This document shows, piece after piece, positions 1 to 9,875 of a stretch of DNA of 64,000 nucleotides (position 1 is its first letter; the number at the start of each line of letters is the position of its first letter). The stretch is from Myxococcales bacterium. Its GTDB lineage: Bacteria > Myxococcota_A > UBA9042. Both the position numbers and the translations under genes were made by a program. The notes beneath the pieces were generated by a model. That model ran no database searches. It was given only the letters and a program-made list of their open reading frames with translations, and was not told the DNA's origin. The stretch is from positions 48,214 through 112,213 of the forward strand of contig SHZF01000009.1 in the NCBI GenBank assembly GCA_009692425.1, written 5' to 3'.

Positions 1-35
1 AACCCTGCTGTCCTAGCAAGCCCGGGCTGGCGACG

Positions 36-2408
36 ATGCCATGGCGGCGGCGCACACGGCAATGTGTGTGCGGGCGCACACCGAACGCGCACCCCTTGAC
101 GCCCGCCGCCGCATCGGCCACATGCGCGGGGAGGAGGCCGCCGCTGCCTATCCCCTTGAATGCCCGTCCGCGCCGACCGCCGCCCATCGACACGGGTGCG
201 TGCGGGTGGGCTGCGCCGGTCCTGCTCGTCGGCTTCGTCGTCGCGTTCCCCGCTCACGCTGCGCCGCCCACCTGGGTATTGCCGCCGGGCCAAGAAGCCG
301 TCATCGAGCGATTGCTCGTCCCGGCCGTGGGGTTGCCCGCGGGGTGGACCCTGGAGAGTGCGGTCATCGACGGCGGCCAGGTCACGGCGCGCTTCGTGTC
401 CGCAGCGGTGCCAGCAGGCGTTGTCGTCTCGATCGTGCGCGATGCCGTGGCTCCGGTTGCGGTAGTCGCGCAGGCTGGCACGCTCACGGTCGTGGGTGCC
501 GGGGTGCCGGCGGACCTGGTCGCCTCGATCCAGTTGTCTCTGGCTGCGGCGGCTGCCGACGTGCGGTGGGTCGATGCCACGGCCGCACCGGGCCGCGCCG
601 TGGGTCAGGGCGACGCCGCAGCGCCCACGCATGAATCCGACCCGACGGCCACGGGCTCGGTCGGCCTGCACGGCCTTGAGGGCGCCGTCGCCAATGTCGC
701 GGCGGGCTGGCGCAAGCTACCCAGCGACCCTGCCGGTGCCCGCTTGGCGTTCGTGCGCGCGCTCGGCGGCGCCGATACCGACCGCGTGGTGCGCGCCGGG
801 GTGCTGTATGGCTTGGGGCGCGATGAGGATGCGCTGACGACGCTGGCCGAATCCCCCTTGCCGGACGCGACGACAACGTGTTCGGCGGTCGGCGGCGTCG
901 CCCAGGACCTGGCCCGCGTGGGCCGGTCGGCAGCGGCGTTGGACATGCTGAATCTGTGGATCGGACGCAACGCAGGATGCACGGACCTCGTCATCCTCGC
1001 CGCCCTCGAAGCACGCCGGGCCGGGCGCGGCGCGGGCATGGTGAGCACACTGGAGGCCGCCCACCGGACCCATCCCCGCCACCTCGGCATTGCGGTCCAG
1101 TTCGCCCACGCGCTGGCGCTGGTGGGTCGACCGCTGGATGCGCTCGCACTGGCGGACTCCCTCGATCTGACGGTGGCCGACATCGACCGGCGCGTCATTC
1201 TCGACCTGACCCGCATCTGGCTGGACCTCGACGGAGCCGACAAGTCGCTGGCCGTGCAGCGCCAGCGCGCCGACGCCGACCTGACCCGCGGCGTGCCCGC
1301 GTTCGTCGTGGGCACCATCTTGCACCATCGCGACCAGTGGGCCGAGTCCGAGGTCTACCTCGCGCGGTCAGAAGCGCTGTTCGCCGAAGAAGCCCGCCAG
1401 TGGCTCTACCGCGGCATGAATTCATTCCACCTCGGGCGCCAGGCCGAGGCCGAAGCGCGGGTGGAGCGGGCCAGCCAACTGGGGTCAAACGACCCCGACA
1501 TCCAGTACTGCCGCGCCGTGATCCGCACCTTCGCGGCGCCCGACGACGCGATCGCCGCGTACGAAGGCTACCTGCGTGCTACGGCCGGGTCGCGCGAGAC
1601 GTACGCGCCCAAGCAGGCGAAGGTGGCCCGCAACCTCGCGGACCTCAAGGCCTGTCGCGATGCCCGTGACGTGCGCGAGTGCCTGGGCCTGCGCACGTGG
1701 GGCCATCGCGCTGCCGAGTTCGGCCCCGGCACTGTTGCGTGCCTCGTCGCGCTGGGCGCGCTGATCTGGTGGTGGAGGCGCCGCCGCAGGGCGCGTTCGG
1801 CCAGCGATTCCGTCGTGGGCGCCGTGGTGGTGACGTGCGCGTGTGCCTGGTCTCTGGCGGTCGCCCCCGAAGGCCGTGCTGCGGTCCCGGCCGGGCAGGT
1901 TCCGGCCAGCGCGTGGCAGGAGGCCCTGGAACCGGGGCCCGCCGTGCGCCCAGGGAACAACGCGCAGCCCTTCGTCGCGCCGCCGGGTTGGACGGCGACG
2001 CCCGTTGTCGTCGAACCCCACCGGATCGTGATCCGCTGGCTCGGGCCGCCCGATGCGGCCGGGCACCAACCCCGGCTCGATGCCTTGCTGCTGCCAGTCG
2101 GCACCGTGGCGCACCCGTGGCGGCGCACCCCACTGTACGATGTCGGGTATGGCGGGGAGCCGCCCGACGCCAAGACGCGGCCGCTGCTCGACGCGTTCAC
2201 CGCCTGGCTGCAAGCGCGCGGCTCCACGCTGAAGCGCCTCGACCCACCACCGCGTACCGCGCCGGGCGACCTGCGCCCTACGATCGCCGCGCCGACTGCG
2301 CTCGCGTCGCAGTGGACCTGGCTGGCGGACCTCGACCGCGCTCAGGTGCTCGTGTCAGCAGGCTTGCTGATCGTCTTCAGTGGTTTTTTTTTCGGCTCGG
2401 CAGGCTGA
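36..2408 (+). CDS. hypothetical exported/membrane protein with helical (TPR-like) repeat region
   Basis: Longest ORF here with protein-like composition. Hydrophobic leader VLLVGFVVAFPAHA, Ala/Leu-rich helical repeats, internal TM ACLVALGALIWWW followed by RRRRR, hydrophobic C-terminus LLIVFSGFFFG. Start uncertain: ATG 36, or CTG 144 / TTG 156 downstream of GGGAGGAGG at 129-137. Could be two fused genes. No family recognised. Confidence 0.5.
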   Translation: MPWRRRTRQCVCGRTPNAHPLTPAAASATCAGRRPPLPIPLNARPRRPPPIDTGACGWAAPVLLVGFVVAFPAHAAPPTWVLPPGQEAVIERLLVPAVGLPAGWTLESAVIDGGQVTARFVSAAVPAGVVVSIVRDAVAPVAVVAQAGTLTVVGAGVPADLVASIQLSLAAAAADVRWVDATAAPGRAVGQGDAAAPTHESDPTATGSVGLHGLEGAVANVAAGWRKLPSDPAGARLAFVRALGGADTDRVVRAGVLYGLGRDEDALTTLAESPLPDATTTCSAVGGVAQDLARVGRSAAALDMLNLWIGRNAGCTDLVILAALEARRAGRGAGMVSTLEAAHRTHPRHLGIAVQFAHALALVGRPLDALALADSLDLTVADIDRRVILDLTRIWLDLDGADKSLAVQRQRADADLTRGVPAFVVGTILHHRDQWAESEVYLARSEALFAEEARQWLYRGMNSFHLGRQAEAEARVERASQLGSNDPDIQYCRAVIRTFAAPDDAIAAYEGYLRATAGSRETYAPKQAKVARNLADLKACRDARDVRECLGLRTWGHRAAEFGPGTVACLVALGALIWWWRRRRRARSASDSVVGAVVVTCACAWSLAVAPEGRAAVPAGQVPASAWQEALEPGPAVRPGNNAQPFVAPPGWTATPVVVEPHRIVIRWLGPPDAAGHQPRLDALLLPVGTVAHPWRRTPLYDVGYGGEPPDAKTRPLLDAFTAWLQARGSTLKRLDPPPRTAPGDLRPTIAAPTALASQWTWLADLDRAQVLVSAGLLIVFSGFFFGSAG

Positions 2409-2473
2409 CCTGGGCGGCACTCGCCACTGATGCTCCCGCGTGGAGCCGCGCCGAACGCAACGCCACCTGGGTC

Positions 2474-4027
2474 ATGCTCGCCGTCGCCGCCGTCGTGCGG
2501 CTGGCGCTGCCGATGCGCCTCGTCATGGTGTATTCGGCGTACGTGCTGGCCGAAGGGGTGGCGGCGTTTACCGCTGTGCCGCGGTCGGGCGCCACGCCGT
2601 TCGTGCTTCACAGGGCCATCGCAGCTGCGACGGGTCCCGACCACCGGACCATGGTGACGGTGCACACGGTACTTGGCCTTGCAACGCTGCCCCTCTTGCT
2701 GGCCTGGTTGGCGCGCCTCGGTCCGCCACGCGGGACGCTTGCGCTGGCGGCCGCTGGGCTCGCGTTGACCCCGGCACTTGCCCTCGACCCGCGCACCGAA
2801 AGCTGGGGCATTGTCGGGTGGTTCTTCCTCGTCGCGGGGATTCTCCTCCTGGACGCCGCACTGCGCCCCCGGCAGGCCTTGGACCTCCAGTCGGAGCGCA
2901 CAAGCTTGCGCCGGCCGCGGGCGTGGCTCGACGGCGTCGGCGCGCTGATCTGCCTGGCGCTGGCCGCAACGAGTCGGCCGGAGTTGACGATCGTCGCCCC
3001 GTGCGCTGCCGCCGGGCTGGTCGCGCTGCGCCGGGCCGGGAAGCTGCCGTGGGCGGCGTGCGCCGTGGCAACGCTCGCGTTCGTTGCGCTGGTGGCGCCG
3101 CATGCGCTGCACCTGCTTCACGCCGCCGCAGTCGAAGCGGCCGTCGGTTCATTGCCGGCCCTCGACCTGGCGTTCTGGCTGGGCGCGGTGCCGCATCTGG
3201 GTACGCTCGCGCTGCCGCTGCAACCCGACCTCTTCCCGGTTGCGGTGACAGCCATCGCGGTTGCGGGGCTGGCGCTGGGCGATGCGGGGCGTGCGGCGCG
3301 GGCGGGCATGCTGGGCGTGGCCCTGCTGTGGATGGTGCTGACGGTCGTCGATCTGCCGCGCACGTCCGTGCCGCGCCTGCACGCCGCGCCGGGTGCCCTC
3401 GTCGTTCTGGCGGCGGCATGGGCCGCGGCCGCAGCCTGGGTCCGCCCCATGCCGGGCCCGCAAGCGCTGTCGCAACGCAAGCGGCAACTGTTCGCCTTCG
3501 CGCTCGGCGCGGCGGTCGTGGCCAGCGCGGTGCCGTCTGCGCTGGTGCTGACCGCGCGGACCAACGAGGACGACACGGAGGACTTCGTGGCCGCGGCGTT
3601 CGCCCGCCTGCCCGAGCGCGGCGCCTGCCTGCAACTGGCTGACGCCGAAACGCACGCTCCGGCCGACCGCACGCAGCGTGCCATCCCGAAGTACTTGTTG
3701 CGGCCGCCGTGGCGCGACGTCGTCCTGCTCGCGGCGGCCCAGCCAGTACCGCCCACGACCGGCGCGTGCGCGGCAGGCGTGTACCTGCTCGTCGATGCGC
3801 GCTGCTGGGCCGTGCACCGGGACGCAGCCGCCGATGTGAGGCGGGGACCCGACGGCATGCTCGCCGCCTGCAGCCACGCCCTGGCCGGTCATCGGTGGAG
3901 CGCGGTGTTGCAGTGGTCCGTGCGCAGCCGGGGCGACAACGAGTACGGCTACTGGCCGGGCGCGCCGACCCTGCACTACGGCCTGTATCGACGCGACGTC
4001 ACGGCTGCGGCAGCGACGTCGCCGTAA
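2474..4027 (+). CDS. polytopic membrane protein, possible GT-C-type glycosyltransferase
   Basis: In-frame ATG at 2474 just after the upstream stop (2406-2408). The 5' part of track ORF 1679..4027 overlaps the previous gene in another frame and is Arg-rich junk. Ten or more hydrophobic helices (MLAVAAVVRLALPM, LGLATLPLLLAWLARL, GWFFLVAGILLLDAAL, others) and a soluble C-terminal ~150 aa. Confidence 0.55.
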   Translation: MLAVAAVVRLALPMRLVMVYSAYVLAEGVAAFTAVPRSGATPFVLHRAIAAATGPDHRTMVTVHTVLGLATLPLLLAWLARLGPPRGTLALAAAGLALTPALALDPRTESWGIVGWFFLVAGILLLDAALRPRQALDLQSERTSLRRPRAWLDGVGALICLALAATSRPELTIVAPCAAAGLVALRRAGKLPWAACAVATLAFVALVAPHALHLLHAAAVEAAVGSLPALDLAFWLGAVPHLGTLALPLQPDLFPVAVTAIAVAGLALGDAGRAARAGMLGVALLWMVLTVVDLPRTSVPRLHAAPGALVVLAAAWAAAAAWVRPMPGPQALSQRKRQLFAFALGAAVVASAVPSALVLTARTNEDDTEDFVAAAFARLPERGACLQLADAETHAPADRTQRAIPKYLLRPPWRDVVLLAAAQPVPPTTGACAAGVYLLVDARCWAVHRDAAADVRRGPDGMLAACSHALAGHRWSAVLQWSVRSRGDNEYGYWPGAPTLHYGLYRRDVTAAAATSP

Positions 4028-6239
4028 AGCGCAGCCGCGGCCGCACCAGCAGTGCCTTGCCGCCGAACGCGACGACGATTACCGCCTCGCCCGCGCCAGT
4101 CGGCAGCGGCTTCCACACCCGCACGCACTCGCCGTTGGGCGCACATTGGGTCGGGCCGGTCCAACTGCCCTTGCTGCCCGCCGCCATCTCGATCGACGTC
4201 GGCAGGGGAATCTGCGCGATCTTGCCGGACGCTTCGTAGGCGCGCGCCTTGACCTCGATGATTGCGTCTACCGAGGCCGGCGTGTGGCGCGCCGACAGCT
4301 TGACGAGCGGGGGCTCCTCGACCGTCAGCGCTTGCGCTCCGTCCGGCACGGCAGCCACCTGGTCGAAGCCCGACGGCCAGGCGACATGCAGTGACTGTGG
4401 CGCCTCGCCTGACGGCCACGTGAACCACACCTCAGGTAGGGCGGTCGTCTCCGACGGCGCCTGCACATTCATTTCGGCCACACGCTCGCCCAGCGTCGTC
4501 TTCAGCCGCAGCCGCGCGCCGAGGCCCCATGGGTTCGAAACCGTGCCCCGCAGCCGCACCCGCAGCCGCTGGCCCTTGTGCAAGACGTCGTTCCGGAACA
4601 AGCGCGGGGCCTCAGACTGCCCTCCCAGCGCGAGATCGAGGTCGCCGTCGCCGTCCAGGTCGGCCAGGGTCGCCGCCTTGCCGACGAACTGGGCGGGCAG
4701 TCCGAATGCCGCGCCGACATCGGCAAACGTCCCGTTGCCCTGGTTGCGGTACAGCACCGGCCGCGCACCGCCCTCGTCGGCCAACGCAAAGGCGCCGAAA
4801 TCCCAGCCGTGCGTGAGCAACAGGTCGGCGCGCCCGTCGCCGTCGAAGTCCCATGGCAGCGCCGTCCAACTCACCATCGTCTGGCCGGTCGCGCTCAGCG
4901 GCATGACGATGCCCGCGGCGACTTGGGCGGATGTGAAGCTGCCGTTCGGTTGACGCAGCAGCAGGTGCGTCGATTCGTCGGGGTGCGCTGCGAGCCGTCC
5001 CGGGCCGGGCTTGCGCGGGTCCATGCCGCCCATCCGCAGATCGCGCAAGCCGATCTCCGCCAGCACGAGGTCGAGCAGGCCGTCGCCATTGAAGTCTGCC
5101 ACCGCGCCACCCATCGGCGAGCCGAACGGGGCGAGCGCCGGCGCCGTGAACACCGGCGGCAGTGGCTTGTACTCGAAAAGCTTGCCCGCAATCGGGAAGC
5201 CGCGGTTGCGCAGGTACGCGCTGCCGCCTTTGGGGTCGCAACTCTCGGCCAGCAAGAGCAGGTCCATGTGCCGGTCGCCGTCGATGTCGCTCGCCAGCGC
5301 GCCCCACAGCGACGCCTTGTGGTCGAGGCCGAGTTCGGGCGTGCGCAGCGCGAACTTGCCGTTGCCCTGGTTGACCCAGGCAAAGAACGCCGAGGTCGGG
5401 TCGCACGTGAAGTTGGCCGCCACGAAGTCGAGCAAGCCGTCGGAGTCGAGGTCGACGGGCAGCGCCGACTCGAGCGCGACGTTGGGTGGCGTGCCGAGCC
5501 CGCGCGCCTTGGCCTGCTCGACCCACGGCGCCTGGGGGCCCGTGCGCGCCCATAGGAACACGTATGACCCGACGGCCACGAGTTCGGGCAGGTCGTCGCC
5601 GTCGACCTCCAGCCACGCCAGCGAGTGCAGGCCCTTGTAGGGCACCGTGGCCAGGGTCGACCAGTCGAACACCCACGGCTGCGACTGGCGGCCGAGCGAG
5701 ACCGTGTCGATGCCGTCGGTGGCAATCAGATCCAGATCGCCGTCGCCGTCGGTGTCGCCGGCCAGGAAAGCGGAGGATTCCGGCGGACTGCCACCCTTTT
5801 TACCTGGGTCGAGCGCGAAGGCTGGCAGCAGGTCGCTGCGGTCTACGAGTTTGCCGGTCGCCGAAAGTGGTGCGGGCGGCGGGCCGAGGTCGGCGGGCGC
5901 GGCGTCGGGCGAGGAGGTTTCCGGCGCGGGGGCTGGCGCGGCGTCGGGCGGTGTGCGGGCGGCGTCGGGCGGCGTGCGGGCGGCGTCGGACGGGGCAGCG
6001 GCGGCGGCTCCGGTGTCGGTGGAACATGGCCCAGAGTCTGGCGCGGCGGTGGCGGCGGCGGCGGGGATGGCTGGCTTGGCGGAGGGGCAGCCGGCCAGGG
6101 CGAGAAAGGAGGGCAGCGCGACGAGGAGGGGCAGGGCGGTCAGGCAACGGATCGGTCGCGGGCTGGAATCTCCGGGTGGCGCGTGCTCGTCCGGGGTCGC
6201 GGCGCGGCGTGGGGCGGAGTGCTTCTTGTTTGCGACCAT
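3999..6239 (-). CDS. FG-GAP/VCBS-repeat lipoprotein with C-terminal ASPIC/UnbV-like domain (CRTAC1-like)
   Basis: Start moved to ATG 6239 (MVANKK...), giving a signal peptide plus lipobox LALAGC. Six Ca-binding FG-GAP-type loops (DTDGDGDLDL, DLDSDGLLDF, DIDGDRHMDL, DFNGDGLLDL, DFDGDGRADL, DLDGDGDLDL). YRNQGNGTF motif and UnbV-like RLRVRLRGTVSNPWGLGARLRL. Confidence 0.85.
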   Translation of the reverse strand: MVANKKHSAPRRAATPDEHAPPGDSSPRPIRCLTALPLLVALPSFLALAGCPSAKPAIPAAAATAAPDSGPCSTDTGAAAAAPSDAARTPPDAARTPPDAAPAPAPETSSPDAAPADLGPPPAPLSATGKLVDRSDLLPAFALDPGKKGGSPPESSAFLAGDTDGDGDLDLIATDGIDTVSLGRQSQPWVFDWSTLATVPYKGLHSLAWLEVDGDDLPELVAVGSYVFLWARTGPQAPWVEQAKARGLGTPPNVALESALPVDLDSDGLLDFVAANFTCDPTSAFFAWVNQGNGKFALRTPELGLDHKASLWGALASDIDGDRHMDLLLLAESCDPKGGSAYLRNRGFPIAGKLFEYKPLPPVFTAPALAPFGSPMGGAVADFNGDGLLDLVLAEIGLRDLRMGGMDPRKPGPGRLAAHPDESTHLLLRQPNGSFTSAQVAAGIVMPLSATGQTMVSWTALPWDFDGDGRADLLLTHGWDFGAFALADEGGARPVLYRNQGNGTFADVGAAFGLPAQFVGKAATLADLDGDGDLDLALGGQSEAPRLFRNDVLHKGQRLRVRLRGTVSNPWGLGARLRLKTTLGERVAEMNVQAPSETTALPEVWFTWPSGEAPQSLHVAWPSGFDQVAAVPDGAQALTVEEPPLVKLSARHTPASVDAIIEVKARAYEASGKIAQIPLPTSIEMAAGSKGSWTGPTQCAPNGECVRVWKPLPTGAGEAVIVVAFGGKALLVRPRLRFTATSLPQP
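5938..5990. repeat. about 2.5 x 21-bp in-frame repeat (PDAARTP on the coding strand) in the FG-GAP lipoprotein linker
   Basis: gcggcgtcgggcgg[tc]gtgcgg x2 plus a partial unit. Confidence 0.8.
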
Positions 6240-6536
6240 GCGGACGTCCCAGCCTGAGTAGGTGCCACAATCGCCGGCGGGCGTCAAAGCGTGCGCCGAC
6301 CCTCCCCGATCCGCCGCTTTCGGCGCATCTCTGCGTTGTCGCGACGGATTCGGCGTTCGACGTATCACATGTACGCCTTCACCCCGAATCCTGGCTCTGC
6401 CTTGATCTGCATACGAAATCGGCGTCCGCGGGAGCTCATGGTGGTGGATTTGAACCCGCGCTGCCAGTGGCCCCCACCGCCCCGTCCGTGTACCGTACCG
6501 CCCGCGCCCGACTCGGCAGCGGCGCGAGGAGCGCCC

Positions 6537-7847
6537 ATGAACCGACCGAATCCGCCACACGAAGCGTTTCGCCCCGAGTGGTTCCTGCTGGTCGCCGCAG
6601 TGGGCGCCGTGGCCCTCTCAGCCTGCAGTGAAGAAGAGCCCGCCAGCACGACCGCCAAGGGCACCGACGGTGCAGCAGCGGGCGATGGCACTGCGAATCT
6701 CGACGGAGCCGCGACCGACGCCGTGGCCAGCTTGGACACGAGCGCCGACGCAGCCCAAGGTGGCGCAACCGCAGCCGACGGCAGCGCGCCCGACGCCGCC
6801 ACCGCGGCCGATGAGGGCGCGCCCACCACACCCGACGCTGCGGCTACCGACGGCGACGCCGCCGCCGCGAAAGATGCCCCACCGAGTGATACCGCGAAGC
6901 TGATGACCTGCCTTTTCAAGAACTGCGTCGATCAGATCGGCGAATGCCTCGGCGACCAGGGCTGCGCCGACGCGGTCGGTTGCCTCGCCGGCTGCAAGGG
7001 CGACTCGGGCTGCATGGCCGGCTGCGGCTCCGGGCTGCCGGCGAGCGCGCAGCAGGCGCTGCTGTCGGTGGCGAACTGCTCGATCCAGCAAGGCTGCGTC
7101 CAGATCATCAAGATGCCCAACTGCGGCAACGGCAAGTGCGACTTCGGCGAGCAGTTGGCGTGCGCGCAGGATTGCGGCACGACGAGTTCGGTGTGCGGCG
7201 ACGGCAAGTGCGACCTCGCCGAGATGCTGTCGTGCGACAAGGACTGCAAGGCTGCCAACCCGTGCGGCGACGGCAAGTGCGACGGCGTGCTCGAGAATCC
7301 GTTCACTTGCCCGAAGGACTGCCCGGCGCCGGCGTGCGGCGACGGCAAGTGCGGCCTGCCGTTCGAGACCGTGCTGTCGTGCCCGAAGGACTGTTCGGCG
7401 ACGGCGGCGTGCGGCGACGGCGCGTGCGACCCGGCGAGCGAGACGACGCTGACGTGCCTGCTCGACTGCGGGGGCCTGGCGTGCGGCGACGGCAAGTGCA
7501 GCGCCCCGCTTGAGACGACGTTCACGTGTGCCAAGGACTGCCCGGTGCCCAAGTGCGGCGACGCGAAGTGCGAGCCACCTTGGGAGACTGGCCTGACATG
7601 CCCGCTCGACTGCAGCGCGAACGGCGGCACGCTCGTGAACGTCACCGGCTGCATTGCGACGAAGTGCAGCAAGGAGTCGGTGGCGTGTGTCGGCGACTTC
7701 ACCGGCTGCGGCGCCGCGAGCTTGTGCCTCGGCGGATGCAAGGACCTGAAGTGCGTCGTCGGCTGCGGCGCCAAGCTGACGGGCGCGCCGGCGCAGAAAT
7801 TTGCGGCGTTGCAGGACTGCATCGCGAAGAATTGTGTCGCGCCCTGA
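6537..7847 (+). CDS. cysteine-rich lipoprotein with seven tandem CGDGKC...C-x2-DC modules
   Basis: ATG 6537 (MNRPNPP...) with lipobox ALSAC and an Ala/Asp/Thr-rich linker. Seven ~22-24-aa modules lie between 7122 and 7616, flanked by two paralogous multi-Cys cap domains. Confidence 0.75.
   Translation: MNRPNPPHEAFRPEWFLLVAAVGAVALSACSEEEPASTTAKGTDGAAAGDGTANLDGAATDAVASLDTSADAAQGGATAADGSAPDAATAADEGAPTTPDAAATDGDAAAAKDAPPSDTAKLMTCLFKNCVDQIGECLGDQGCADAVGCLAGCKGDSGCMAGCGSGLPASAQQALLSVANCSIQQGCVQIIKMPNCGNGKCDFGEQLACAQDCGTTSSVCGDGKCDLAEMLSCDKDCKAANPCGDGKCDGVLENPFTCPKDCPAPACGDGKCGLPFETVLSCPKDCSATAACGDGACDPASETTLTCLLDCGGLACGDGKCSAPLETTFTCAKDCPVPKCGDAKCEPPWETGLTCPLDCSANGGTLVNVTGCIATKCSKESVACVGDFTGCGAASLCLGGCKDLKCVVGCGAKLTGAPAQKFAALQDCIAKNCVAP
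7122..7616. repeat. seven tandem ~66-75-bp coding modules (CGDGKC...C-x2-DC)
   Basis: tgcggcgacggcaagtgc recurs at roughly 70-bp intervals. Protein modules are listed under the CDS. Confidence 0.8.
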
Positions 7848-7917
7848 CCACCACCTTCCGGCGTTTGACCAGCACGGTCCAGAACGCCACACTGTCGTGC
7901 CACATCGGGAGGTTGCC

Positions 7918-9840
7918 ATGTCCGCTCGCTCGTTCCGAAAGTCTGTCTTGGCCAGCGCTGTCGCCGCGGTCATCGCGCTGGGCTTGACCCCCGTCGCATT
8001 CGCCGTGCCGACTACCCTCGGGCTGCAAGGGAGCCTCGTCTCGGCGGGCGGAGGACCCGTGCCCGACGGCCCCTACGTGATGTCGTTCGGCCTGTTCGCC
8101 GAGCCGACCGGCGGCAAGGCGCTGTGGAGCGAAGGGCCGCTGGTCGTCACGGTCAAGGGCGGCGTGTGGACGCTGACGCTCGGCGCCAAGTCGCCGCTCG
8201 ACCCCAAAATCTACGCCGGCAAGGGCGCGGCGTGGATCGAGGTGAAGATCGAGCCCGACGCTGAACTGTCGCGCGTCGCCCTGCACACGACGCCATTCGC
8301 CGCGCGTGCGGCGTGGGCCGACGGCGTCGATTGTTCAGGCTGCATCAGTGCGGCCCACCTGCACCCCGACGTGTTGAAGGACGTGGCGCTCAAGTCGCAG
8401 TTGTCGACGGTCGCGCTGTCGGGCGCGTTCAAGGACCTGAGCGGCGGCCCGGACCTGAGCGCATATGCCCAGGCGGGCGACCTCGCGCCGGTGGCAATTA
8501 CGGGGCATTACAAAGACCTGTCGGGCCAACCGCCGCTCGCCAAGGTCGGCGCGGCGTGCGGCTCAGGACTCGTGCTCAAGGGATTCAAGGAAGACGGCAG
8601 CCACGAGTGCGTCGTCGCGATGGACCCCAAGGCGCTGCCGGCCGATGGCCTCGACGAGATTTCGAACGGCCTGCTGACGAACCAGTTCACCGAGGTCGCG
8701 GCCAGCAAGACAGCGCCGTTCGACATCCTGGACAACGTGCCCAAGGGCACCAGCGACATCATCGACGTACCCGACTTCGGCATCGCGCAGAACCTCACCG
8801 TGTCGGTGGACCTCGAAAACTCCGACATCTCGACGATACAGGTGTTCGTGCTCGATCCGAACGGGGTCGCCTACCTGCTGTACGACAAGGGCGCCAAGGG
8901 CGTAGCGGTCAAGACGACCTACCCAGACCCGACAGCGACGGTGAGCGGCAACCTGACGACATGGATCGGCAAGAATCCCAAGGGAAAGTGGACGTTGCAG
9001 GTCATCGACAGCGGCTTCAAGGACAACAAGAACGACGGCAAGGTGAATGGCTGGAGTGTCAACGTCTCGACGCTGTCGACGAAGAAGGTCGCCTCCAACG
9101 GTGTGCTCCAGGCCAAGGGCGGCATGCAGTATCCGCTGTTCGAGGCCGCGCCGTGGCCGTGCAGCGCCGCCACGCTCGGCTACACGTATGTGGGCACGAA
9201 GGACTTTACCCTGAACATCTGCAACGGTAAAGAGTACTTTGTGTTGTCAATCAAGCAGTTCGGCACGTCGGACAATCCCGGTTGGTCGTGCAAGGACATC
9301 CTGACGAAGCAGCCGGCATCGAAAGACGGCATCTACTGGATGCAGGCGGGCGGCGGCGCGTTCCAGACCTGGTGCGATATGACGACGAACGGCGGCGGCT
9401 GGACGTTGGCCGCGCGCATGAAAGGCGGCTCGTGGTGCCACATCGACGTCGCCAAGGTTGGCGCGTTGACCGCCACCAACCAGGCCGCGTGCGCCAAGTT
9501 GTCCGACGTGCAGATCAAGGCGCTGTATTCCGACCAGTTCTGGCTGAGCTGTGGCGCGAATACGCCAAACCGCTTCGGCAAGATCGACAGCATCAACAAC
9601 TTCGACACGGTCGCCAAGACCGGCGGCCAGAAGATGACGTGGAGCCAGACGTACGGTGGAGCAGCCTATTCGGGTACCAGCCAAACGTGCTGCAACTTGG
9701 GCGATCACGACTACCACAACCCGCATATCATCTATTCGATCGCCACGGGCCACAACGGCGGCAACTACACGGCAGACTGGTCCGGTTGCTACAATAGCTT
9801 GCACGGCTGGAGTCAGGACGGCTACTTGATGGTGCGGTAG
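7918..9840 (+). CDS. secreted multidomain protein: stalk motifs, proprotein-convertase P-domain, C-terminal fibrinogen/intelectin-like domain
   Basis: ATG 7918 follows GGGAGG (7907-7912); signal peptide ends VAFA. Two GxFKDLSGxP-type motifs. P-domain-like segment (NLTVSVDLENSDISTIQVFVLDPNG...GKWTLQVIDSGFKDNKNDGKVNGWSVNV). C-terminal SCKDILTKQPASKDGIYWMQ...TWCDMTTNGGGWTLAARMKGG resembles FReD/intelectin. Confidence 0.75.
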   Translation: MSARSFRKSVLASAVAAVIALGLTPVAFAVPTTLGLQGSLVSAGGGPVPDGPYVMSFGLFAEPTGGKALWSEGPLVVTVKGGVWTLTLGAKSPLDPKIYAGKGAAWIEVKIEPDAELSRVALHTTPFAARAAWADGVDCSGCISAAHLHPDVLKDVALKSQLSTVALSGAFKDLSGGPDLSAYAQAGDLAPVAITGHYKDLSGQPPLAKVGAACGSGLVLKGFKEDGSHECVVAMDPKALPADGLDEISNGLLTNQFTEVAASKTAPFDILDNVPKGTSDIIDVPDFGIAQNLTVSVDLENSDISTIQVFVLDPNGVAYLLYDKGAKGVAVKTTYPDPTATVSGNLTTWIGKNPKGKWTLQVIDSGFKDNKNDGKVNGWSVNVSTLSTKKVASNGVLQAKGGMQYPLFEAAPWPCSAATLGYTYVGTKDFTLNICNGKEYFVLSIKQFGTSDNPGWSCKDILTKQPASKDGIYWMQAGGGAFQTWCDMTTNGGGWTLAARMKGGSWCHIDVAKVGALTATNQAACAKLSDVQIKALYSDQFWLSCGANTPNRFGKIDSINNFDTVAKTGGQKMTWSQTYGGAAYSGTSQTCCNLGDHDYHNPHIIYSIATGHNGGNYTADWSGCYNSLHGWSQDGYLMVR

Positions 9841-9875
9841 CCTTGGGCGGGCCTGCGAGCGGCGGCCCCGGTAAC

